This document shows, in pieces, positions 1 to 9,060 of a DNA stretch of 63,002 nt. The notes beneath the pieces were generated by a model. It saw only the letters and a program-made list of their open reading frames with translations. It searched no databases and had not been told where the DNA came from. The stretch comes from a virus. Taxonomy: Duplodnaviria > Caudoviricetes. The stretch's first letter is position 1. Each line of letters opens with the position of its first letter. A program made the translations under genes and the position numbers. The stretch spans positions 1 to 63,002 of the IMG/VR virus record IMGVR_UViG_3300027782_000083. One strand, written 5' to 3'.

Positions 1-452
1 CCATTCATATAAACAACGGCAGAACCAAACCCACCATTAGAATTTGAAAAACTACCAAATCCATTAAAATACAAAAATCTGTGTGAACTTCCATTTTTAT
101 ATAGATTTACAATAATTCCTGTTGCACCACTATTAGACGATATGCCACCGCTAATTTGATAATAACCAGCAACATTTGGAGTAAACCGCATATTAGTTGT
201 GCTATCAAAACAGTTTGCAGTATCCCATTCTTCAGTCTGAAAGTTAATTTTTGTGTATGTTGTTGAGGATAAGGTTTGTGCTGAAGATTGATAAGCACTA
301 AACGCTGGCATATTACCGCTAACCATTGCTGTGCCTGTTACCGATGGAACAGTAACTAAGTTACCAGCACCCGATGCTAACTGTAATACACCGCTATTGT
401 CAGCAGATTGGGTAAGCCCTGAGGTGGTCGTTGCCGTTATGACGCTCGCCAT
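1..452 (-). CDS. Tail fibre/receptor-binding protein, C1q/TNF-like jelly-roll, allele A (truncated by window start)
   Basis: Not in the ORF track. ATG at 452 (TAATG overlap) reads MASVITATTTSGLTQSADNSGVLQL...MPAFSAYQSSAQ...FTPNVAGYY...VVYMNG, open to base 1. Confidence 0.7.
   Translation of the reverse strand, partial: MASVITATTTSGLTQSADNSGVLQLASGAGNLVTVPSVTGTAMVSGNMPAFSAYQSSAQTLSSTTYTKINFQTEEWDTANCFDSTTNMRFTPNVAGYYQISGGISSNSGATGIIVNLYKNGSSHRFLYFNGFGSFSNSNGGFGSAVVYMN
294..419. repeat. 126-bp exact repeat, copy 1 (copy 2 at 62877-63002)
   Basis: Direct comparison AGCACTAAACGCTGG...GGGTAAGCCC; flanks differ at 293 vs 62876. Confidence 0.95.
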
Positions 453-730
453 TACGCTTCTCCTTTTTTATACTTAGCTTTGACCGCCAAGCAGTCAGCA
501 ATGTATTTATCAATCTGTGCTTGGTCACCCTTTACTACACCATCAATGTAATCGGTGATGGGTGGGTATTCTGTGGCTCGTTTAGCAATATAAGCATGAG
601 CATCTACATAAGCCTGTACTGCGGCTTTATCGTATGCGACTTCATTGCCGTCTGCATCGTAAGCTACATCGCCTACTGTTTTTACAATTTGCGGATTAAG
701 TTTAAAAATTGCGTAAGTAGTATTTATCAT
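452..730 (-). CDS. Small tail-fibre assembly chaperone-like protein
   Basis: Start MINTTY with ATGA overlap; KRATEYPPI...KAKY motif typical of genes that follow fibre genes. Confidence 0.55.
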   Translation of the reverse strand: MINTTYAIFKLNPQIVKTVGDVAYDADGNEVAYDKAAVQAYVDAHAYIAKRATEYPPITDYIDGVVKGDQAQIDKYIADCLAVKAKYKKGEA

Positions 731-1284
731 GCCGCAATCTCCATAAGGGTAAGTTGAAATGAATAAAATTGCCAAGGCACACCAGCACCACCAGCACTAA
801 AATCTCCGACAATCGTATAAGAAATTGCACTAGTCGTAGCTGGCGAATCCAAAATAGTGTTAGTCGCTACTGCTCTAGCACCGCTAGATTCTTGATACCC
901 TGTGGCATTACCCCAGTTGCTACTTACTAATCCACCGTTTCTTAAAAAACTAACAAGAATATAGTTGCTTGAATTACCACCGTTTCTTTCTACTGTATAT
1001 GACATAAATGCTAATACTTTGCTTGAAGCACTTGTAGGAGTAAAAGATTGTGTTAAAAGAGTTAATGCAGAGCTAGTTGTTGTGTAATTTGCTGGTGCTT
1101 GCTGTGAAACCACTTGCAACACAGAACCAGTAGGTAATGCGGCTTTAGGAATAGATTGACCGCTAGAACCTGTGGTGATAAGAGTTCCGCTTACGGCAGG
1201 AAGTGACAATACCGTGCTTCCGCTTACCGCAGGCTCTTGCAAAGTAATACTCCCGCTCGTACTTCCGACTAAAACGATGCTCAT
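727..1284 (-). CDS. Tail fibre/receptor-binding subunit
   Basis: GSTSGSITLQEP N-terminus, GSVLQVV...DSPATTSAISY...LTLMEIAA. Confidence 0.6.
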   Translation of the reverse strand: MSIVLVGSTSGSITLQEPAVSGSTVLSLPAVSGTLITTGSSGQSIPKAALPTGSVLQVVSQQAPANYTTTSSALTLLTQSFTPTSASSKVLAFMSYTVERNGGNSSNYILVSFLRNGGLVSSNWGNATGYQESSGARAVATNTILDSPATTSAISYTIVGDFSAGGAGVPWQFYSFQLTLMEIAA

Positions 1285-2084
1285 ATATTTAATCCTTTAA
1301 GTCTAATAAAATCCCTAGGAAACGGTTTATTTGCGTTTTTGTACGCTTGCATTTCAGCCTGTATTGCCAAATTTTTTGTTTCAAAACTACCCAAAAAAAT
1401 ACGCTTGCCATCAATGGTAACTCTTGCTTTATACGGACGCAACCCTTTGCAGTTGTCAAAATGATATCTTTTAGCCATATTAATGGATACCTGCATAGCA
1501 CACTTTGGGCAAACAATTTTTGTATATTGCCGACCAATTAGCTTTTGCCGTCTTTTTTCTATTTGCTCTGCTGGTTGCTTTTTACCAACCTTTTTTTGAC
1601 GCATCTTTTCAATAGACTCTGATGGCATTGATTTACCAAGCCTTCCATGTGGCTTGTCTTTCATATAATCAGCCAGACTGAACTGTGTTGCTTTTTGCTC
1701 GTCAGTTAATTTTTTACCCTTGTTCCATGAGGGTCTACCTAAATTAGCAAGCCTTATTTTTTCAATCCATTCAGGACTGCGTATAAACTTTTTACCTAAA
1801 GCAGATGGTGGTTTACCACCGCCACAAACAAGATTCCAACCTATTTTGTCTGCTGGTCTTAGCTTGTTTTCAATCTCTAAACAGTAATCTTCTTCACCAA
1901 TCAACACGACCTTTTTGACTAAATTGTCCCAGCCGTATTTATTAATGGCATTTTTTAAATGAGTGTTTTCTGCTCTTTTTTTATGGTATGCCCATCTTTT
2001 TGGAGCGTCACTGGACACGCCAACATACCCCTGACTAAATATGTCAGAGTGGTCTTTGTGGGCTATCCAATAAACAGAAGTCAT
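1281..2084 (-). CDS. GIY-YIG homing endonuclease with NUMOD-type repeats and AP2-like C-terminus
   Basis: SVYWI...GYVGVS...RWAYH, GWNLVCGG, SWNKGKK, YKARVTIDGKRIFLGSF; ATGA overlaps at both ends. Confidence 0.75.
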   Translation of the reverse strand: MTSVYWIAHKDHSDIFSQGYVGVSSDAPKRWAYHKKRAENTHLKNAINKYGWDNLVKKVVLIGEEDYCLEIENKLRPADKIGWNLVCGGGKPPSALGKKFIRSPEWIEKIRLANLGRPSWNKGKKLTDEQKATQFSLADYMKDKPHGRLGKSMPSESIEKMRQKKVGKKQPAEQIEKRRQKLIGRQYTKIVCPKCAMQVSINMAKRYHFDNCKGLRPYKARVTIDGKRIFLGSFETKNLAIQAEMQAYKNANKPFPRDFIRLKGLNI

Positions 2085-2893
2085 AGTACAACCCATCTTT
2101 GCCCTGACGGAATTGTCACCACGGCACCACTATTTATCGTAATAGGTCCTACCGAGAAACCATTTTTATTAGTCGTCAGCGTATAACTTGCTGTGATTGT
2201 GACATTATTTTCGTAGATAACCCCGTTAGCCTGCGCTCCGCTAATTCCGCCCCATGCTCCAGCTTGATAGCCTTCAAAGCTGTTTTCAGTTGTGCTATAC
2301 CGAATCATGCCGTTTGCAGGGCTACTTGAGCGTTGAGCTGTTGTTCCTACTGGCAGTTTGATTTGTCCTGTCCCGCCAAAGGTAGCATCCGCTGCCGCTG
2401 TAATTGCCCCTGTAAACGCTGACGTTCCTGTAACTGCAAGATTTCCACCAATTGTTTCGTTGCCTGTGGTTTGCATAGATACCGCAGAATTTACCGCTTC
2501 TACTACGTTTGTACCGTTGTTATACACAAACATTGACTTACCAGCAGGGACTGCTATTCCTGTACCGCTGGTGTTTTTAACTGTGACTGCGTCTGCTAAC
2601 CCGTTGTTTATTAAGTATAATTTCTCAATCTGACAGCCTGAACCGAGAATTAACTGTCTGGCTCCGCCTGATGTTCCTGTGAGGTTTAAACGCAGATTAC
2701 GGGCAGTTTGAGATGCGTTTGTATCTGTTAGGGTAACTGTGACGTCTGCGCTAGAAAAAGCAACATCGGCTGAACCTGTAATAGCTTCGCCAACCGCAAC
2801 CGAAAAGTTGTTATTAGTCGTGGTTCCCCAGGTTCCCGTTTGGTCACCTGTGCCAATCAGTTCAATTTTTAGGTCACTATATGTAGATGCCAT
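2081..2893 (-). CDS. Tail fibre/adaptor protein
   Basis: MASTYSDLKIELIGTGDQTGTWG N-terminus; LPVGTTAQR...GMIRY fibre motif; C-terminal SVGPITI...PSGQRWVVL. Confidence 0.6.
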   Translation of the reverse strand: MASTYSDLKIELIGTGDQTGTWGTTTNNNFSVAVGEAITGSADVAFSSADVTVTLTDTNASQTARNLRLNLTGTSGGARQLILGSGCQIEKLYLINNGLADAVTVKNTSGTGIAVPAGKSMFVYNNGTNVVEAVNSAVSMQTTGNETIGGNLAVTGTSAFTGAITAAADATFGGTGQIKLPVGTTAQRSSSPANGMIRYSTTENSFEGYQAGAWGGISGAQANGVIYENNVTITASYTLTTNKNGFSVGPITINSGAVVTIPSGQRWVVL

Positions 2894-2900
2894 ATTATCC

Positions 2901-3782
2901 TTATGCTGCTATTTCTACCCAATTTGGGCTTTGTGTGTCAATAATATCAGTCCAAGTTGGTGTTTGTCCATCATTGATAGTCACCCAATTCGGTGTTTGA
3001 GAATCATCAATTGTTATCCAAAAAGACACCGTTCCAACTTGCCCTGTTGCCTGTACACCGACTACGTTTACATCCATGCCAATCTGTACGGTGACAGATC
3101 CTACAAATCCTGTGGCTTGCAGTCCAATTACATAAACAGGAATAACTACAACGCCTATTTGTCCTGTTCCCGCTACACCCGTCACATTGACTGAAGCACT
3201 CTGTATAACAGTAACTGAACCAACTTGCCCAGTCCCAGAAACGCCCGTTACACCTACAATTGCACCAGCTTGTACCGTAATGCTTCCAACGCTTCCTGTG
3301 GCTCCTAAACCCGTTACAGGGACTTCAGCCGTGCCGTTTGCTGCTACGCTACCGACTGAAACTGTCCCAACAACGCCTGTTACATTGACTATTACACTAG
3401 TCTGTACTGTGACACTTCCGACCTGCCCCGTAGCCTGTAAGCCTGTGACTGGCACATTGGCTGCACCACTTACGGTAACTGACCCTACAAATACTGTTCC
3501 TGCTACGCCTGTTACGTTTACAACCGCTGTTCCATTTACAGTCACAGACCCGACTTGTCCAGAGCCAGAAACACCTGTAACCGCTACGTCTGCACCCGCT
3601 TCTACAGTAACACTACCGACTTGTCCTGTAGCACTTAATCCTGTAACTGGAACATTAGCTGCACCGCTAACTGCAACACTTCCTACCTGCCCAGTGCCAC
3701 TAACTCCAGTTAATGCAACACTTACACTTGACGCCCCTAAATCCGAAAATGGCGCAGCGGAAAACGGAAAAAAGCCAAACAT
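2901..3782 (-). CDS. Val/Thr/Gly-repeat tail protein
   Basis: About eleven imperfect ~21-aa repeats VxVTGVxxTGQVGSVTV. Confidence 0.55.
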   Translation of the reverse strand: MFGFFPFSAAPFSDLGASSVSVALTGVSGTGQVGSVAVSGAANVPVTGLSATGQVGSVTVEAGADVAVTGVSGSGQVGSVTVNGTAVVNVTGVAGTVFVGSVTVSGAANVPVTGLQATGQVGSVTVQTSVIVNVTGVVGTVSVGSVAANGTAEVPVTGLGATGSVGSITVQAGAIVGVTGVSGTGQVGSVTVIQSASVNVTGVAGTGQIGVVVIPVYVIGLQATGFVGSVTVQIGMDVNVVGVQATGQVGTVSFWITIDDSQTPNWVTINDGQTPTWTDIIDTQSPNWVEIAA

Positions 3783-5141
3783 TTACAATACTACCCAACG
3801 GCTCCCCGAAGGCACCGTTATTGTTACTCCACTTGAAATCGTGACAGGTCCTACTGAGCTGGCTGAATATCCACTTGGAATTGAGTAGCTTGCCCCAACC
3901 GTCATGTTATTTACTATAAGACCGTTGCTTGAAATTAAGGTTTCCGCATTAAGAACACTAAAATAATCAATAGCGTTTAAGTTTGTTCCTGTAAAAGTAG
4001 AGTTAGTTTTATCGTAAACAAGGTTTAAAATACTGTAAGAACCTGCAAGACTTACTCGTTCTACATTGGTTCCTGCTGAATTTAAGACAAAACTGTTAGC
4101 CAGTGTGATAAAGCTACCAACACTTGAAGTTACAGCGTTAGATGCAGGACTTGCCGCAAAAATAGCAGAACCATCAATTTGCAAAGTTCCAGCCGTCACG
4201 CTTGGGGTAAGAACTTGGAAACAATCTTTAATTAAAACACTGGCGCTTGCATTAGATACCGCTACAGCCCAACACTTGTTTCCTACAATAGAAACTGTAC
4301 CTGTGCCAGAAATCTGAACACCTAAAGTACATTGCAATTCGCTGTTGATAATTTCAACATAATTTGAACCTGATTTGATAACTCTTGTGTCTACGGTACA
4401 GTTTGAAATGTAAGTGTTACCCGAACCTGTTATGGTCAAATTGGTTAACTTGATACCACTAATACGAGCCGCCGCAGACAGGGTTAATGTTCCAGAAATT
4501 TGCGTGTTAGCACCAGTAAGTTCAGAGGTGGCAATTGTTGTGTTTGCGCTTGAAACTGTAGGGCTTTCGCTGTAGCTTCCTGGATGAACAATCACTGTGT
4601 TCCTGCCAGCCCCAATCAAAGTCAATGCCTTGGTAATTGTCAACACAGGATTGATTAAAGTGCCGTCACCTGTTGTGTCGTTTCCGTCTTTACCAACATG
4701 AATCTCATTTGCGTAAATAGAATAATTACCAACAGTTCTTCCAGTGCCACCATAAGCAACACCTATAGTTGTACCTTGCCAAGTGCCAGAAGCCACCGTA
4801 CCTAAAGCACTTACATTATTAGAGCTATCCAAATTTACAGATTTACCAGCGGGATAGTCGCAAAATACATCCTTTGTACCAGCTGAGAAGTTTACTAATG
4901 ACCCACCATTACTAGAAGATAAAACCGTATCTCGACTTAATGTTGTTCCGCTAGACGTGTAAGTCCCAATCCCTACTTCAAATTCAGAGCCACCTTGAAG
5001 CGCAATGGTGTAATAGGTTGTATTGCCGTCTCCAATCACAGAAAAGGCTTGAAACCCTGTACTAGCACCCGCCAGAGTAAAGGTTCCCGTACCAGTCGTA
5101 GTAGAGGTTTCTTTAACCCTGTCTTTTAAAACAAGAGCCAT
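3783..5141 (-). CDS. Tail fibre/spike protein with probable beta-helix region
   Basis: MALVLKDRVKETSTTTGTG N-terminus; HVGKDGNDTTGDGT...TITKAL...VHPGSYSE beta-helix entry motif; PSGSRWVVL end. Confidence 0.6.
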   Translation of the reverse strand: MALVLKDRVKETSTTTGTGTFTLAGASTGFQAFSVIGDGNTTYYTIALQGGSEFEVGIGTYTSSGTTLSRDTVLSSSNGGSLVNFSAGTKDVFCDYPAGKSVNLDSSNNVSALGTVASGTWQGTTIGVAYGGTGRTVGNYSIYANEIHVGKDGNDTTGDGTLINPVLTITKALTLIGAGRNTVIVHPGSYSESPTVSSANTTIATSELTGANTQISGTLTLSAAARISGIKLTNLTITGSGNTYISNCTVDTRVIKSGSNYVEIINSELQCTLGVQISGTGTVSIVGNKCWAVAVSNASASVLIKDCFQVLTPSVTAGTLQIDGSAIFAASPASNAVTSSVGSFITLANSFVLNSAGTNVERVSLAGSYSILNLVYDKTNSTFTGTNLNAIDYFSVLNAETLISSNGLIVNNMTVGASYSIPSGYSASSVGPVTISSGVTITVPSGSRWVVL

Positions 5142-5150
5142 TTATGGCTC

Positions 5151-5588
5151 CTAGGCTATGCGGATAATAGCGTTACTTGCGTCTGCTGTGGGGAACACAA
5201 TCGTAAACGTTCCAGCGGTAGATGTCTTAGCACCACCAAAATCAAGAATACATACCGCAGGGTCGCCAGCTGCTGTGTCGTTATAAATCATTGCGCCATA
5301 TGCTGTAATGGTTGCAGATGTAAATGACAAGTCAGCAAAGTCTGTAAACGCTGTAGTACTTGTAGACGTTGGGGTAACGTTAGTCAACGCACCGCCACCA
5401 GCTGCATAAGTACCAGAAGCTGCTACTTCATTAGTTGCTGTATAAGCTGTAGTTGCGGCTGTAAATGACGCTGAGTTGTCATACATTGCTAGTTTAAAAG
5501 TATTACCAGTACCAGTCGTAAAGTTGTGAGTTGCCGTCATCAACTGTACTTTGAAGCTGGTACACATAAAGTTGCCTGTAAAAGCCAT
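5151..5588 (-). CDS. Tail-associated structural protein
   Basis: Thr/Ala-rich, CILDFGG...FTIVFP; lies in the tail module. Confidence 0.5.
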   Translation of the reverse strand: MAFTGNFMCTSFKVQLMTATHNFTTGTGNTFKLAMYDNSASFTAATTAYTATNEVAASGTYAAGGGALTNVTPTSTSTTAFTDFADLSFTSATITAYGAMIYNDTAAGDPAVCILDFGGAKTSTAGTFTIVFPTADASNAIIRIA

Positions 5589-5597
5589 TTTGGACTC

Positions 5598-5885
5598 CTA
5601 TTCGTCTAAAAGTTTAATTAATTCAGGATGACCAGCTTCCCGTAGCTTGTGAGCTAGTGTTACACGATCAAATTTTACCGCTTCATTCATGTAAAAGACT
5701 AGTACTTCCCGAATATGATTCCTAAAAGCAATTGCTTGCTCCCGAACCAAGGGATGAGACTGATCCCCTACTTGAATAATCTTATCCAATGCCCGTTCAG
5801 CGACTTCCTCTGGGGTAAATCCACCGTGGTCTTTTGTAAATACTTGGATACCGCTAGACTCGCCTAGCCCTTGTACGCTAATCAT
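5598..5885 (-). CDS. Hypothetical phage protein
   Basis: Translationally coupled ORF in the late operon. Confidence 0.55.
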   Translation of the reverse strand: MISVQGLGESSGIQVFTKDHGGFTPEEVAERALDKIIQVGDQSHPLVREQAIAFRNHIREVLVFYMNEAVKFDRVTLAHKLREAGHPELIKLLDE

Positions 5886-6541
5886 CTGACTGGATACCTC
5901 ACTTGTCCACTTCTATAGGCGTCTTGACGTTCTTTTGCATCACCTAATTGTTTCAAATCTGCCATCGCTGCGTCATAACGACCTTTGTACATGGTCATAG
6001 TATCAGCGTCTGTTTTCATAAAATTGGCAGCTTCTAAAAGCGCACCATATAACAACACAGAATCAAAGTTATCCCCAAGCCAAGATGTATTGGCAGTAAC
6101 AATAGACTGTGGGTAGTAGAAATAATGCAGTTCCACAGCGTAATTAGAGTTTGGAGTAGGTCCCAAAATAAAGGTGTTATTGTCAAAAATAGCGTAATAC
6201 TCAGGCTCTCCATAGAAAGCTGCGTCCGTGTCTGGGTAGGATTCACGGATAAAGTTAACATCTTTATTTAAAAGGTAGTGGTACTCATTCGCCGCATTAA
6301 TCACCGCAAGACTAAAAGTTGCCAGCCAGTCTGAGGGAGTTGCTAGATATTTATTGCCACTAGTCGTGTTACCCGTAACATTCTTACGGAAAGCTGGCAT
6401 CTGCACCGTGTTATAGATGCGTTGCTCGGCAAGCTGTACAAACCTAGCAATCTGCTCGGCAGACGTAAATGAGCCTACGGTTGCTGGGAAGTCGTTCTCA
6501 GCAAAACCTTTAATTGCAGAAGTTAACTGCGTATAGTTCAT
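5882..6541 (-). CDS. Head-tail adaptor/tail tubular A-like protein
   Basis: AEQRI...LGPTP...LLYGALLEA pattern of gp11-type adaptors. Confidence 0.55.
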   Translation of the reverse strand: MNYTQLTSAIKGFAENDFPATVGSFTSAEQIARFVQLAEQRIYNTVQMPAFRKNVTGNTTSGNKYLATPSDWLATFSLAVINAANEYHYLLNKDVNFIRESYPDTDAAFYGEPEYYAIFDNNTFILGPTPNSNYAVELHYFYYPQSIVTANTSWLGDNFDSVLLYGALLEAANFMKTDADTMTMYKGRYDAAMADLKQLGDAKERQDAYRSGQVRYPVR

Positions 6542-6807
6542 CCCATCTTCCCGCTAGACATTCTGCCTTTGGTTGCTGCACCAGCACCACGCATCTCAAT
6601 CTTGCCATACTGGTTTACGGGTCTACCGTTACCTTTACTAATCCCGTCAACCGAGATATTCATATCAGCCATTTCTTGAGCGCCAGTCATACCTTTTGAA
6701 GTCAGTCCCTTGGCAGAGATTGCCTTACCCTTCATTGTATGGGGAGGAGCATAGACTTTAGCGTCTCCAACTTCCTTGCCCATTACTTTTTTAGAGAACT
6801 TAGCCAT
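6538..6807 (-). CDS. Small basic protein (MRGAGAATKG motif)
   Basis: K/G/M-rich coupled ORF. Confidence 0.55.
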   Translation of the reverse strand: MAKFSKKVMGKEVGDAKVYAPPHTMKGKAISAKGLTSKGMTGAQEMADMNISVDGISKGNGRPVNQYGKIEMRGAGAATKGRMSSGKMG

Positions 6808-7013
6808 TATCGACCCCTTCCAGCAGATTTACGCATCATGCCTTGGTTTTTAACCTTAGCCAGATTACGACCCATTTTCTTCATGTCCATCTGGTTTTTG
6901 CCACCCATCTTAGGCTTGGCTTTCATACCAAGAACAGTAGGACCTGAGTCACCTAAATTTGTGCCTTCAGTCTTGCCTTTTTTGGCTACTCCGTCTGCGT
7001 CTTTCTTAAACAT
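6807..7013 (-). CDS. Small basic protein (ADGVAKKGKT motif)
   Basis: SD AGGAG; K/M-rich. Confidence 0.55.
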   Translation of the reverse strand: MFKKDADGVAKKGKTEGTNLGDSGPTVLGMKAKPKMGGKNQMDMKKMGRNLAKVKNQGMMRKSAGRGR

Positions 7014-7023
7014 TTTTAACTCC

Positions 7024-7446
7024 TTATGTTGTTGTTACCGTTACACTTCCTACCAAACAGCTTGGGGCAAGATCATTAGGAGTTAGTCCGTCATCTCTAG
7101 CACCACCAACAGGGTTCCATCCCCATTGAAATATTCTACTACCGCCCTCTGGATACCCAACACCTTGTAACGTATTGTCGTTAGATCCATTTAATTGCAA
7201 ACCACTTGTTCCAGATACCGTATAGCTTACATCAGGGCGTGGCTCCCGTACAGCCTGTGGGTCATCAACTGGATACATACCTAAAGACAACTGCGGTTGA
7301 TCTGGATCCCAACAGCTAGGACACACCTTAATGTTTTTTATCTGTTGTTTAACAACTAACTTCCGTAGCTCCTTTAACTTATACCGCTGACCACATCGGT
7401 CACATTCGGCAATAGCAAATTTGCCACTACTATATTTATTAGGCAT
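7024..7446 (-). CDS. Zn-ribbon late protein
   Basis: CDRCG...VCPSCWD, DPQAVREPRPD. Confidence 0.6.
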   Translation of the reverse strand: MPNKYSSGKFAIAECDRCGQRYKLKELRKLVVKQQIKNIKVCPSCWDPDQPQLSLGMYPVDDPQAVREPRPDVSYTVSGTSGLQLNGSNDNTLQGVGYPEGGSRIFQWGWNPVGGARDDGLTPNDLAPSCLVGSVTVTTT

Positions 7447-8365
7447 AGAATGTCGTCCTAGGTACGAACCTAGAAGCGGCTTTCTCTCTGTCCTCCGTAG
7501 AAGCCAGGAGCCACTGCTCCTCGTATTCTTGCTTTAAAAATTGCACTCTTGCCTGTCCATCTGGTAGCTTTTGAGCCATATAGAAAGCCAATCCAGCCAC
7601 CATACAAGGTAGTAAGCGAAAGGGAATATCAGGCTCTACCGTTCCATTAGACCCAGCATCCTGAATCCTACGCAACCTCCAATACACAAATGTATATGGA
7701 CCACCACCCGCATCGGGTGTGGGCCAGACATTAATAGAAGGAAGGTTCTGTATCGTAATTGCTGCACCTGTCGTATGACTTGCAGCTGTAGTGCCGTTCT
7801 GACCACGGTAGCAGTTTGTTAGAACGTTACCAATAACGTTGGCATAGCTGATTGTCTCATTGTCAATCTTGATAAAACCACCGATAGGAAGGGCGCTGGC
7901 GTCACTAACGGTAATAGATGTGGTCGTAGCATTAATTGTGCCGTTTAAGGTCACAGTGGTCGAATTAGACTGCCCTGACTGGCGGTTAAACCAGACCTGA
8001 ATAGGACGTCCAGTAGTCAGCTTATTGGGGATCGTAGAGTAGGTAGACTCCGAAATACGGGTAATGTTGATGTCAATCTGATTGCTTGTAACACCGTTAT
8101 TCTGACGAACTACATGATCTAATAGGTCAATCGTATTGACTGGAATAGGATAAATCCCTTGCCCAGTAACCATTGCAACTTGCCCCTGCTCAATAGTCCA
8201 GAGGTTAATGCCACGATTAGCCCACTCTACGGTCAACAGGTTCAATGATCTGCGGGCAGTCCGCATATCGTAACCCGTACGCAATTCCGTACCACAACGC
8301 TCAAAAGCCTCTTCAATGAGGTTATTGAGGTCTAGATTAAAGTTTGTCGTTCCTGATGTGGTCAT
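7439..8365 (-). CDS. Tail tubular A/head-tail adaptor-like protein
   Basis: IEEAFERCG, RRSLNL...WANRG, NVWPTPD, GLAFYMA. Confidence 0.6.
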   Translation of the reverse strand: MTTSGTTNFNLDLNNLIEEAFERCGTELRTGYDMRTARRSLNLLTVEWANRGINLWTIEQGQVAMVTGQGIYPIPVNTIDLLDHVVRQNNGVTSNQIDINITRISESTYSTIPNKLTTGRPIQVWFNRQSGQSNSTTVTLNGTINATTTSITVSDASALPIGGFIKIDNETISYANVIGNVLTNCYRGQNGTTAASHTTGAAITIQNLPSINVWPTPDAGGGPYTFVYWRLRRIQDAGSNGTVEPDIPFRLLPCMVAGLAFYMAQKLPDGQARVQFLKQEYEEQWLLASTEDREKAASRFVPRTTFYA

Positions 8366-8543
8366 TTAATTGTGCTTTTAATTTGGCAATTTCAGCGTCA
8401 CGTTCATTTAATTTTCTCATGAGTCCTGCGTTCATTTCTGCCCATGTGACAATTTCTTTCATGCGTTCCTTATGATCTTCAAACATAACTTTAAAGAGAC
8501 GATCTGATACTTCCATTTGTCGCTCTATAAAGTCTTTCATCAT
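8337..8543 (-). CDS. Hypothetical coiled-coil protein
   Basis: Coupled ORF. Confidence 0.45.
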   Translation of the reverse strand: MMKDFIERQMEVSDRLFKVMFEDHKERMKEIVTWAEMNAGLMRKLNERDAEIAKLKAQLNDHIRNDKL

Positions 8544-8791
8544 TTAACCTTTCGATACGGCTTTACTTTTTGCTTTACTTTTGACGGCTGGGGTACGAAC
8601 TGCTTTCCCTGTGCTTTTCCTTGCCGTTTTGCTCGTGTTGTTGCTGCGTACTCCTGTGGGCTTAGGGCTTCGATTGCTTTTTTTGGCAGGTATCTTTCCC
8701 CCGTCTCGGATGACTTCTTCCCTGACTTGGTTGTCCATTTCTGGTCGCCCCATGCCTTTAAAGAACGCTGAGATTTTGCTAAACCACTCAT
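8540..8791 (-). CDS. Small basic phage protein
   Basis: SLKAWGDQKWTTKSGK...GERYLPKKA; ATGA coupling. Confidence 0.6.
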   Translation of the reverse strand: MSGLAKSQRSLKAWGDQKWTTKSGKKSSETGERYLPKKAIEALSPQEYAATTRAKRQGKAQGKQFVPQPSKVKQKVKPYRKVK

Positions 8792-9060
8792 TTATAGCCA
8801 CCGCCAGCCGCCTTATATTTTTTAGCTACCAACTGCGCTTTACGAGCTGACCATTGACCTGCGCCAGTACCATGTGTTGCAGCTGCTTTTACTTGAGAAA
8901 CAATCCGCTTACGCAAGCTGGGTTTGGTGTAGTTACCCGCAGCATTGACCTTGCCACCCTCTTTGTATTCGGTAAAATCGGTATCGTCCCTACGAGACTT
9001 ACGCTTAGGTTTACCCATTTTAGTGGGCATAATAGCGCCCATTCCACGGCTAGGTCTCAT
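8788..9060 (-). CDS. Small basic phage protein
   Basis: YKEGG; NYTKPSLR...GQWSARKAQL...GGGYK. Confidence 0.6.
   Translation of the reverse strand: MRPSRGMGAIMPTKMGKPKRKSRRDDTDFTEYKEGGKVNAAGNYTKPSLRKRIVSQVKAAATHGTGAGQWSARKAQLVAKKYKAAGGGYK

Noticed and set aside
1-293. Diversity-generating retroelement TR/VR pair with 62478-62876
   Set aside because: No reverse transcriptase is visible, and the differences are extensive rather than adenine-specific.
2358-4317. Long + strand ORFs opposite tail genes (and similar ones at 10171, 19204, 43207, 59596)
   Set aside because: Antisense shadows of codon-biased - strand genes with no recognisable motifs.
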